Of a stretch of DNA of 64,000 bases, positions 36,183 to 44,888 are shown one piece after another. Source of the DNA: an uncultured delta proteobacterium. GTDB taxonomy: Bacteria > Desulfobacterota > Binatia > Binatales > Binataceae. Location: NCBI GenBank assembly GCA_963724765.1, contig CAVRVY010000003.1, positions 736,001-800,000 on the forward strand, read 5' to 3'. The notes under the pieces were generated by a model. The model was given only the letters and a program-made list of their open reading frames with translations, searched no databases and was not told where the DNA came from. The position numbers and the translations under genes are program-made. Each line of letters starts with the position of its first letter. Positions within the stretch are counted from its first letter, which is position 1.

Positions 36183-37109
36183 ATGGCCGGAACGACACAG
36201 GTGACGATTCCAGAGCCGCACGCTTCGTTCGAGACGGTCATGGACGACGGCGCGATCATCCGGGTGCGCCGCCATGGGGCCGCCGGCGCTCCGCGCCTGG
36301 TGTTGACCCATGGCAACGGCCTCGCGATCGACGGCTACTTTTCGTTCTGGAGGCGGGTGCTCGATCGTTACGACGTAATCGTTTACGACTTCCGCAATCA
36401 CGGCCAGAACCCGGTGCATCATCCCGCTGGCCACAACTGGAAAAGATTCATCCATGACGACGAGCGCATCTGGCACGCGATCCGCGAGCATTGGGGCGCC
36501 AAACCGACGGCCGGCGTCTTTCATTCGCTCTCCGCAGTCGCCGCGGTGATGCATACCTTGGAGATGGGCCGGCGCTGGGATCCGCTGGTCCTGTTCGATC
36601 CGCCCATTCATCCGCGCGACGGCCATCCGCTGCAGGCCGTCCAGAAATCCCACGAGAGCGAGATCACCCAACGCGCCCGCCGCCGCACCGAGCGCTACAA
36701 GGACCCGGTTGACCTGGCGCAGCTTTTCGCCCACGTGCCACAGTTCAAGCTGTGGCGCCCGGAGGCGTACGAGTTGATGGCGCGCGCGACGCTGCGGCCC
36801 GACGAGGCCTCGAATGATTGGGTGCTGGCCTGCCCGCGCGAGCTTGAGGCGCACGTCTTCGAGAGCAATCGCGACGCGACGATATGGCCCCGGATGAAAA
36901 ACCTGCCGGTGCCGTGCAAATTGATTTGTGGCGACTTCGCAAGCGAGCACAAGCAGCCGCCGGCGCTCATCGGACGCGCGATCGCCGAGGAGACCGCGGT
37001 CGAATACGAAGCGATTGCGCATACCACGCACTTTCTTCAAATCGAGCGTCCCGACGAATGTATCCGCTCGATGGAACTGTTCCTGCGCAAGCACGGGTTC
37101 ATCGAATAG
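36183..37109 (+). CDS. Alpha/beta-fold hydrolase
   Basis: LTHGNG, YDFRNHG, nucleophile elbow FHSLS, THFLQIERP. Confidence 0.85.
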   Translation: MAGTTQVTIPEPHASFETVMDDGAIIRVRRHGAAGAPRLVLTHGNGLAIDGYFSFWRRVLDRYDVIVYDFRNHGQNPVHHPAGHNWKRFIHDDERIWHAIREHWGAKPTAGVFHSLSAVAAVMHTLEMGRRWDPLVLFDPPIHPRDGHPLQAVQKSHESEITQRARRRTERYKDPVDLAQLFAHVPQFKLWRPEAYELMARATLRPDEASNDWVLACPRELEAHVFESNRDATIWPRMKNLPVPCKLICGDFASEHKQPPALIGRAIAEETAVEYEAIAHTTHFLQIERPDECIRSMELFLRKHGFIE

Positions 37110-37223
37110 CGCGCCGGACGCGGCGCTTTGCGCGCTTTCGGCGCTTCGGAGGCTCTGATAAATTTTCTCCATTGTTTCACCGATAGATTTTGCCCTGAAA
37201 ACAACCGCTGAAGACAACTAACG

Positions 37224-37766
37224 ATGGCGCTCCTCAACATCCGCAGATTTCCCGACCCGGCGCTAAAAGATCCGGCAAAGCCGGTCGCCAACATCGACGG
37301 CGGCCTGACCAACTTCATCGAGAGCATGGTGCAGACGATGTACGCGGCGCCGGGCGTGGGGCTGGCGGCGCCCCAGGTCGGCGATTCGCGCCGCGTGATA
37401 GTGCTCGACACCGACCATCAGAACCCGGGCAAGAAACTGCTGCGGCTCATCAACCCAAAGATCGTCGAGGCCGAGGGTTCGGTGATTTGGGAAGAGGGAT
37501 GCCTTTCGGTGATCGACTACACCGCCGACGTCAAACGCGCCGCGCGCGTGCTGGTGCGCGCGTGGACACTCGAGGAGAAGGAGATCGAGATCGAGGCGGA
37601 CGACCTCCTCGCAGTCGCGCTGCAGCATGAGATCGACCATCTCGACGGCAAGCTCTTCATCGATCGCATCAGCCGTATCAAGCGCGAACTGTACCGGCGT
37701 AAACTCGCCAAGCTGATAAAGGAGGGCAAGGCCGATGGCCAGCGGCCCTCCAGCGTCCGGATCTGA
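37224..37766 (+). CDS. def: Peptide deformylase
   Basis: GVGLAAPQV, EGCLS, QHEIDHLDG. Confidence 0.97.
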   Translation: MALLNIRRFPDPALKDPAKPVANIDGGLTNFIESMVQTMYAAPGVGLAAPQVGDSRRVIVLDTDHQNPGKKLLRLINPKIVEAEGSVIWEEGCLSVIDYTADVKRAARVLVRAWTLEEKEIEIEADDLLAVALQHEIDHLDGKLFIDRISRIKRELYRRKLAKLIKEGKADGQRPSSVRI

Positions 37767-38811
37767 AATCGCCATCCCCACGAAACCATTGAGAATCGTC
37801 TTCATGGGTACGCCGGCGCTGGCGGCTCATATTCTGGAGCGCCTGGCCGACGCTTGCAGCGATGCCACCCGGTCTGACTTCCAGAGCCCGGGCTTCGAGA
37901 TCGTGGGCGTGGTTACGCGTCCCGATCAGCCCCGCGGGCGCGGGCTCAGGCTCGAGCCGAGCGAGGTCGGAGCGGTGGCGGAACGCCGCGGGTTGCCGGT
38001 GCTCAAGCCGGCGAAGATTCGCACGGCGGAATTTCTCGCCGAGCTGCTCGCGTTGAATCCCGACTTGCTGGTGGTCGCGGCCTATGGCCGAATCCTGCCC
38101 GACCCGGTGCTCGCGGCGGCGCAAATCATGCCGATCAACGTCCACGCCTCGCTCCTACCCCGCCATCGCGGCGCCTCGCCGGTCGAAGGGGCGATTCTTG
38201 CCGGCGACAGCGAAAGCGGCGTCACGATCATGCGCATAGTCAGCCGAATGGATGCGGGTCCAGTCCTGCTCGCGCGCGCGATTCCGATCGCGCCGGGCGA
38301 GACCCAGGGAACGCTCAAGGAGAAGCTCGCGGAGCTGGGCGCGGCGGCGCTGCTCGAAGCGCTGGAGAAGCTCCGAGGGGGACAACTCGTCGAGACGCCG
38401 CAGGACGAGAGTCTCGCAACGTACACCTCGCCCGTGAGCAAGGCTCATGCGGTTATCGATTGGAGCGCCGATGCGGTGCGGATCGAACGGATGGTGCGCG
38501 CGTACGATCCATGGCCGGTCGCGCGCACGCGGCTGCGTGGCGATGAGCTCCTGATATGGCGCGCCGCGCCCGACGGTTCCGCGTCGGCAGATGCGCCAGT
38601 CTCGCGGGGTGCGACGCCCGACGAGCCGGCTGCCGCCGGCTCATCGGGCGTCGCGCCCGGCACAATCGTCCGGATGAAGCCCGAAGTCGCGGTGCAATGC
38701 GGGCGCGGACGACTCGTGCTCGCCGAGGTGCAGGCGGCGGGACGCAAGCGGATGGGCGCGGCGGAGTTTCTGCGCGGGCGGCGCGTCATCCCAGGCGAGC
38801 GCCTGGGATGA
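37735..38811 (+). CDS. fmt: Methionyl-tRNA formyltransferase
   Basis: IVFMGTP, VVTRPD.PRGRG, VAAYGRIL, INVHASLLPRHRGA.P, MDAG; start may be TTG at 37789. Confidence 0.95.
   Translation: MASGPPASGSEIAIPTKPLRIVFMGTPALAAHILERLADACSDATRSDFQSPGFEIVGVVTRPDQPRGRGLRLEPSEVGAVAERRGLPVLKPAKIRTAEFLAELLALNPDLLVVAAYGRILPDPVLAAAQIMPINVHASLLPRHRGASPVEGAILAGDSESGVTIMRIVSRMDAGPVLLARAIPIAPGETQGTLKEKLAELGAAALLEALEKLRGGQLVETPQDESLATYTSPVSKAHAVIDWSADAVRIERMVRAYDPWPVARTRLRGDELLIWRAAPDGSASADAPVSRGATPDEPAAAGSSGVAPGTIVRMKPEVAVQCGRGRLVLAEVQAAGRKRMGAAEFLRGRRVIPGERLG
38607..38658. repeat. 24-bp inverted repeat inside the fmt coding sequence
   Basis: gggtgcgacgcccgacgagccggc-tgcc-gccggctcatcgggcgtcgcgccc (22 of 24 Watson-Crick pairs). 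Confidence 0.9.
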
Positions 38812-40253
38812 CGCGCCGCCCGCCTATCGCCCCGCGCAGCGGCGGCGCCGATGCGCCGGGTGCGCCCACGCGCTGCCACGCTCGCGTTCCGGGGCCGGGC
38901 GCGCCCAGAGCGCCCGAGCGCGACGGGGCGGGCCTGGTGGCCCGCCGCGCCGCGCTCGAAATTCTGGTCCGTGTGGAGAGCCACGCGGCCTTCGCCGACG
39001 TGATGCTCGGCCATCGCCTCGCCGCTTTCGCCCCGCCCGACCGCCGCCTGCTGACGCGGCTGGTGCTCGGCACACTCGCCTGGCGCGGCAGATTGGATTA
39101 CGAACTGGCGCAACTGTGCACGCAGCCGCTCGAAAAGCTCGAGCTTGCGGTGCTGAGTGCGCTCAGACTCGGGCTTTTTCAGATGCGCCATCTGAGCCGT
39201 ATACCCCCGCATGCCGCGGTCGACACTGCCGTGTCGCTCGCGCGCGAGGCGGCGGGCCGCGGCGCCGGCGGCCTGGTCAACGCGGTGCTGCGGCGCGCCG
39301 CTGGCGGAGCGGCCGCGATGCCCGATCGGGCGGCGGATGAGGTTGGGTATCTCGCGGTTGCGTACTCGCATCCGCGATGGCTGGTGGCGTGTTTTATCGA
39401 ATGGTTCGGTATGGCCCGGGCCGAGGCGCTGATGGCAGCCGACAACGAGGCCGCGCCGAACGTGATGCGGCTCAACCTGGCGCGCGGCACGCGCGAAGAG
39501 ATCGTCGCTCGAATGGCAGCCGACGGAATGGGGATAAGTGCACGCGGTCACCTGCCTGAGACCGCAGTGCTCGAGGGCGCAGCCGACTTCGACTCCAATT
39601 CGTACCGCGCCGGACTGTTCCATCCGCAATCCGAGGCTTCGCAAATGGTTTCCCGGATGCTCGCGCCTTCGGCAGGCGCCACGGTGATCGATTGCGCTGC
39701 CGCCCCGGGCGGCAAGGCGACCCATCTTGCGGAATTGGCCGATGCGCGCGGACGGGTGGTGGCGCTCGACCTGAATCTGCACGGGCTCAAGGCGGCGCGC
39801 GACCTCGCGCGGCGCCTGGGGCATCGCAATATCGTGTTCGCAAACGCGGACATCGCCGTGGCGTCGCCGCTGTGCAACGAGTCCGCTGGCTTCGTGTTGC
39901 TCGACGCGCCGTGTACCGGGACCGGCACGCTGCGGGAGCATCCGGAGATACGATGGCGCCTGGTGGCGAACGACTTTCGCCGGATGGCGGAGGTCCAGCG
40001 CGCGATGCTCGAGAATGCGGCGGCGTTGGTCCGGCCGGGTGGTGTGATCGTGTACGCCGTATGCAGCCTGGCGCCGCAGGAAGGACATGGCGTGGTACGC
40101 GGCTTTCTCGCGGAGCATCCGGAGTTCGCGCTCGAACCGCCGCCGGCGGCGGCGCAACTGGCACCCTGGCTTCAAAGCGACGGGACAATGGCGACCAGTC
40201 CCGAGCGCGGCGGCCTCGACGGCTTTTTCGCCGCCCGCATGCGCCGGCGATGA
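38808..40253 (+). CDS. rsmB: 16S rRNA m5C967 methyltransferase
   Basis: NusB-like N-domain (GLVNAVLR), YSHPRW, DCAAAPGGK, LDAPCTGTG, YAVCS, DGFF. Confidence 0.93.
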   Translation: MTRRPPIAPRSGGADAPGAPTRCHARVPGPGAPRAPERDGAGLVARRAALEILVRVESHAAFADVMLGHRLAAFAPPDRRLLTRLVLGTLAWRGRLDYELAQLCTQPLEKLELAVLSALRLGLFQMRHLSRIPPHAAVDTAVSLAREAAGRGAGGLVNAVLRRAAGGAAAMPDRAADEVGYLAVAYSHPRWLVACFIEWFGMARAEALMAADNEAAPNVMRLNLARGTREEIVARMAADGMGISARGHLPETAVLEGAADFDSNSYRAGLFHPQSEASQMVSRMLAPSAGATVIDCAAAPGGKATHLAELADARGRVVALDLNLHGLKAARDLARRLGHRNIVFANADIAVASPLCNESAGFVLLDAPCTGTGTLREHPEIRWRLVANDFRRMAEVQRAMLENAAALVRPGGVIVYAVCSLAPQEGHGVVRGFLAEHPEFALEPPPAAAQLAPWLQSDGTMATSPERGGLDGFFAARMRRR

Positions 40254-40297
40254 GCGCGCCTTTTGCCGCGCGGTGGCCGAGGCGGTAGTCTTTGCCC

Positions 40298-40984
40298 ATG
40301 GGACTCGAGCTCAAGATTGCGCCGTCGATCCTGTCGGCTGACTTCGCGCGCCTGGGCGAGGAGATTCGTCGGGTCGAGGAGGCTGGCGCCGACCTGATTC
40401 ATTTCGACGTGATGGACGGCCATTTCGTTCCGAACCTGTCGATCGGCGTGCCGGTGCTGAAATCGCTGCGCAAGATAACCCGGCTGCCGCTCGACGCGCA
40501 TCTGATGATCTCGGAGCCTGCGCGCTATCTGAAAGCCTTCGTCGAGGCCGGCGCCAATTCGATCTCAGTGCATGCGGAGGTCTGCGACGATTTGCCGGGA
40601 ATCGCCGCGCGGATCCACGAGCTCGGCGCGCGCGCCTCGGTTGCGATCAATCCGGAGACGCCGGTTGAGCGCGTGCTCGCCCCAGCCGAGCATCTCGACA
40701 TGATCCTGGTGATGAGCGTGCATCCGGGGTTCGGCGGACAGGGCTTTATCGCCGAGAGCCTGGAGAAGTTGCGCGCGGTGCGGCGCGAGATCGAGCGGCG
40801 CGGGCTCAAGGTCGACGTCGAGGTCGACGGCGGGATCAAAATCGACAATATCGGCGCGGTGGCCGAGGCTGGAGCCAACGTATTTGTGTCCGGGTCTGGA
40901 ATTTTCGGTCATGAAAACTACCTGAGGATAATCGCGGAGATGCGCGAACAGGTGGCGAGCGCCCGAATGAACTGCCGGGAGTAA
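40298..40984 (+). CDS. rpe: Ribulose-phosphate 3-epimerase
   Basis: IAPSILSADF, HFDVMDGHFVPN, DAHLMI, MSVHPGFGGQ, VDGGI. Confidence 0.97.
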   Translation: MGLELKIAPSILSADFARLGEEIRRVEEAGADLIHFDVMDGHFVPNLSIGVPVLKSLRKITRLPLDAHLMISEPARYLKAFVEAGANSISVHAEVCDDLPGIAARIHELGARASVAINPETPVERVLAPAEHLDMILVMSVHPGFGGQGFIAESLEKLRAVRREIERRGLKVDVEVDGGIKIDNIGAVAEAGANVFVSGSGIFGHENYLRIIAEMREQVASARMNCRE

Positions 40985-41026
40985 TTTGCCGGTCGCGATG
41001 GCTCGAGGCGACGGTCTGCCGAATCG

Positions 41027-41100
41027 ATGGCTCGTCAAAATGCCAGCTCGTCAGAATGCCGGCGCGCCAAATGCCGGCTCGCAATGCCGCGCGCGGCGAT
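41027..41100. repeat. Degenerate 13-16 bp tandem repeats upstream of the tRNA
   Basis: atggctcgtcaaa / atgccagctcgtcaga / atgccggcgcgccaa / atgccggctcgca / atgccgcgcgc. Confidence 0.6.
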
Positions 41101-41137
41101 GCTATAAATAGGGCCCGGTTCGGAACCCTTGGCTTTA

Positions 41138-41215
41138 CGGGGTGTAGCTCAGCCTGGCTAGAGCGCTGCGTTCGGGACGCAGAAGTCGCTGGTTCAAATC
41201 CAGTCACCCCGACCA
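41138..41215 (+). tRNA. tRNA-Pro (anticodon CGG)
   Basis: CGGGGTG/CACCCCG acceptor stem, D-arm TAGCTCAGCCTGGCTAGAGC, anticodon arm CTGCG-TTCGGGA-CGCAG, GGTTCAAATCC, encoded CCA. Confidence 0.97.
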
Positions 41216-41242
41216 TTTCTCTCTCGCGCGGAAAGGCCGCAC

Positions 41243-41857
41243 TTGCTGAGCATCGCGCTTCTCTTCATCGCCGCATACCTGTTCGGATCGATCCCGGTGG
41301 GCGTGCTGGTCGGCCGCGCTTTCGGCTTCGATCCGCGCGGCGTCGGTTCGGGCAATATTGGGATGACCAACGTGACGCGGGCGGGCGGCAAAGGCGCCGG
41401 CGCGATAACTTTCGTGGGCGACCTGCTCAAGGGGATGATCCCGGTGCTGGTGGCGCGGATGGCGGGTCTGCCGGCCGCGGTCGTCGCGATCGTGGGCCTC
41501 GGCGCCTTTATCGGCGCGATCTGCTCGGTATTCCTGCGGTTCCATGGCGGCAAGGGGGTTTCGGCGTCGCTCGGAATCTGGCTCGGGATCTCGCCGCTGG
41601 CGGCGCTGATCGCGCTGGGAGTGTTCATTGTCGTATTCGCGCTTGCCAGAATTGTGTCGCTGGCGTCGATTTGCGCTGCGATCATTCTGCCGCCGGCCGC
41701 TGCGATGCTGGGGCTGCCGCGGCCCTACGTCGGCCTGGCGATCGTGATGACGGCGCTGGTGCTGCTACGCCATCATGAGAATATTGCGCGCTTGATCGGC
41801 GGCGAGGAGCGGCCGATGGGCCGCAAGGACGCTGGCGGAGGCGCCGCCGGAGTTTAG
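41243..41857 (+). CDS. plsY: Glycerol-3-phosphate acyltransferase
   Basis: YLFGSIP, GSGNIGMTN, DLLKG, GGKGV, RHHENIARL. Confidence 0.93.
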   Translation: MLSIALLFIAAYLFGSIPVGVLVGRAFGFDPRGVGSGNIGMTNVTRAGGKGAGAITFVGDLLKGMIPVLVARMAGLPAAVVAIVGLGAFIGAICSVFLRFHGGKGVSASLGIWLGISPLAALIALGVFIVVFALARIVSLASICAAIILPPAAAMLGLPRPYVGLAIVMTALVLLRHHENIARLIGGEERPMGRKDAGGGAAGV

Positions 41858-41915
41858 GCTGGCGCCCAGGCAGCCTCAAAATAGACAGCACAATAGACAC
41901 GCGGCTGCCGCTTAA

Positions 41916-42500
<585 letters not shown>

Positions 42501-42506
42501 CTTGCT

Positions 42507-42741
42507 CATCCCTGGGAGGCGGCGCGCGCGCTGCGCCGCGCCGCCTCCCAGGGATGCCAGGCGCATCCGCGTAGCGGCGACAGCAGGGAGCGGCGGCGCG
42601 CTCCCGCGCCGCCGCTCCCTGCCGCCGTATCGAAGCGCACGGCGATGAAGCCGCCGCGCTGGCGTGGCGGCTCCATCGCACGGCGCAGGCTACAAAGCGG
42701 GGCGGGCGGGACGGCGCGCACGCGCCGTCCCGCCCGCCCCG
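42507..42741. repeat. Array of four long GC-rich hairpins between convergent genes
   Basis: Stems at 42507-42556 (20 bp perfect), 42583-42622 (18 bp perfect), 42642-42679 (16 of 18), 42698-42741 (21 bp perfect). Confidence 0.9.
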
Positions 42742-42750
42742 TGCGCATCC

Positions 42751-43107
42751 TCAGTTGACGTTCTGTTTGGGGACGAAGCCCGTAACGCCCTTGAACGGCC
42801 CGTCAGTCACTTCGATCACGCTGCCTTCGTCGTTGCTGGTTACGATCCGCACCGGCGTCTGGTCATCAACCTCTTTGGCTGCCAGGTTCGCGCCGATTCC
42901 GCCCAGCATGCCCATCGCACCGCCCTGGGATTTCATTTTCGCCACCTTGTCGTAAGTCGCCTGGTCGGGAAAGACCTTGACCGTATGCTCGCCCGCGCTG
43001 GCGACTACGCGATGGCTGCATCCGGCGACCACAATTGCGATCGCTATCGCCGCGAGCATCAGGCAGGATCGCATGCCAGCGTGAGATTTTGATCTGAGGT
43101 TTCGCAT
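42751..43107 (-). CDS. Hypothetical lipoprotein, possibly with an SH3-like C-terminus
   Basis: Lipobox VAG-C; C-terminal IEVTDGPFKGVTGFV. Confidence 0.7.
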   Translation of the reverse strand: MRNLRSKSHAGMRSCLMLAAIAIAIVVAGCSHRVVASAGEHTVKVFPDQATYDKVAKMKSQGGAMGMLGGIGANLAAKEVDDQTPVRIVTSNDEGSVIEVTDGPFKGVTGFVPKQNVN

Positions 43108-43434
43108 AGGATGTCACCCTCCGGTGCGCGCAGCCGCCGCCGCGCTTCAAGATATGTTCGACAATATTACAGGTGCCGGATTACAGCGACCAGATTGCGG
43201 GATTGGCGATACTAGAGGCTTTCAGAGCGGTGAAGCTACGCTGCGGCGCCTACGGACGGCACGGGCAAATTTGCCGGAGGCCATCACTGCATGGTACTTT
43301 TTTAAGCTCGCGCGACGTTTACCATAGCGTGGGAGTAATGCGCCGGCGGAGTGTGTCGGTGGATTGCGCCGGATCATTGGCGATGTGGGGCGATGTGGTC
43401 GCGGGATTGGCCGCCGCACGCAGGAGGGTTTCGT

Positions 43435-44790
43435 TTGTCCGTACAAAAAGCCGAGGAAGCATCGCCCGCGAGCACCAAGCGCGCGGTCACGATGGAGAAG
43501 CTGGTCAATCTCTGCAAGCGTCGCGGAATCGTCTTTCCCGCAAGCGAGATTTACGGCGGTCTCGGCTCCACCTGGGACTACGGCCCGCTTGGCATCGAGC
43601 TCAAGCGCAACGTCAAGGAGGCGTGGTGGCGCGCGATGGTGACGACGCGCAGCGACGTCGTCGGCCTCGACAGCGCCATCCTGCAGCATCCGCGCACCTG
43701 GGAGGCCTCGGGCCATCTGCAGAACTTCACCGACCCGCTGGTCGACTGCAAAAGCTGCAAGCAGCGCTTCCGCGCCGACCACGTCGAGGGCAACCGATGC
43801 CCCGAGTGCGGCGGCGAGCTTACCGAGGCGCGCAGCTTCAACCTGATGTTCAAGACCTTCATGGGTCCGGTGGAGGACAGCGCGAACGTGGTCTACCTGC
43901 GTCCCGAGACCGCGCAGGGCATCTTCCTGAACTTCGCCAACATCATCGACACGCAGCGGGTCAAGCTGCCGTTCGGAGTGGCGCAAAGCGGCAAGTCGTT
44001 CCGCAACGAGATCACGCCCGGCAACTTCATCTTTCGCACCCGCGAGTTTGAGCAGATGGAAATGGAGTTTTTCGTCAAGCCCGATCCGGCCGAGGAGGCG
44101 CGATGGTTTGATTACTGGGTCGAGGAGCGTTTCAACTGGTACGTGAATTACGGTGTGCGGCGCGAGCATCTGAAGCTGCGCCCGCATGAGAAGGACGAAC
44201 TCTCGCATTACTCACGCGGCACCACCGACGTCGAATATCTTTATCCGTTCGGTTGGGGCGAGTTGGAAGGTATCGCCAAGCGCGGCAGCTTTGATCTTGA
44301 CCAGCACGCGCAGTATAGCGGCAAGGACCTGACCTACTTTGACGAGGAAGCCAAGGCGCGCTACCGCCCGTGGGTGATCGAGCCGGCCGCGGGCGTGGAT
44401 CGCGCGATGCTCGCGTTCATGCTCGACGCTTACGACGAGGACGTGGTCGAGAACGAAGAGCGGATCGTGCTCCGTCTCGATCCGCGCCTCGCGCCGGTCA
44501 AGGCCGCGGTCTATCCACTGCTGCGCAAAGCCGGGCAGCCCGAAAAGGCGCAAGAGGTGTTGCGGATGCTCAAGCGGAATTTCACGGCCGCCTACGACCA
44601 GGCCGGTTCGATCGGACGGCGCTATCGCCGCCAGGACGAAGTGGGTACGCCTTTCGGTATCACGATCGATCATCAGACCATGGAAGACGACACCGTAACG
44701 CTGCGCGACCGCGACTCGACCGAGCAGGTGCGATTCAAAATCGCGGCGCTGCCCGCGGAGTTGACCGAGCGTATCGGCTGGCATCGCTAG
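43435..44790 (+). CDS. glyQS: Glycine--tRNA ligase, single-gene homodimeric type
   Basis: LCKRRG, EIYGG..TWDYGPLG, LRPETAQG, SFRNEITP, IEPAAGVDR, SIGRRYRRQDE; TTG at 43435 with GGAGG, alternative ATG at 43492. Confidence 0.95.
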   Translation: MSVQKAEEASPASTKRAVTMEKLVNLCKRRGIVFPASEIYGGLGSTWDYGPLGIELKRNVKEAWWRAMVTTRSDVVGLDSAILQHPRTWEASGHLQNFTDPLVDCKSCKQRFRADHVEGNRCPECGGELTEARSFNLMFKTFMGPVEDSANVVYLRPETAQGIFLNFANIIDTQRVKLPFGVAQSGKSFRNEITPGNFIFRTREFEQMEMEFFVKPDPAEEARWFDYWVEERFNWYVNYGVRREHLKLRPHEKDELSHYSRGTTDVEYLYPFGWGELEGIAKRGSFDLDQHAQYSGKDLTYFDEEAKARYRPWVIEPAAGVDRAMLAFMLDAYDEDVVENEERIVLRLDPRLAPVKAAVYPLLRKAGQPEKAQEVLRMLKRNFTAAYDQAGSIGRRYRRQDEVGTPFGITIDHQTMEDDTVTLRDRDSTEQVRFKIAALPAELTERIGWHR

Positions 44791-44888
44791 GCCCGCCGCG
44801 TCCGCGACGGCTGGCGAGTTGCTGTGCGGTGCGATTTTTTGTTTTGAAGATCCCCGCGCGTGCGGGGAGGGGAGAATAATTTCCGACG

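Noticed and set aside
41138-41243. tRNA-Pro as an integration site
   Set aside because: plsY follows directly; no integrase and no duplicated tRNA 3' end seen in the window
42507-42741. CRISPR array interpretation of the hairpin cluster
   Set aside because: The units are not identical direct repeats and no cas genes are present
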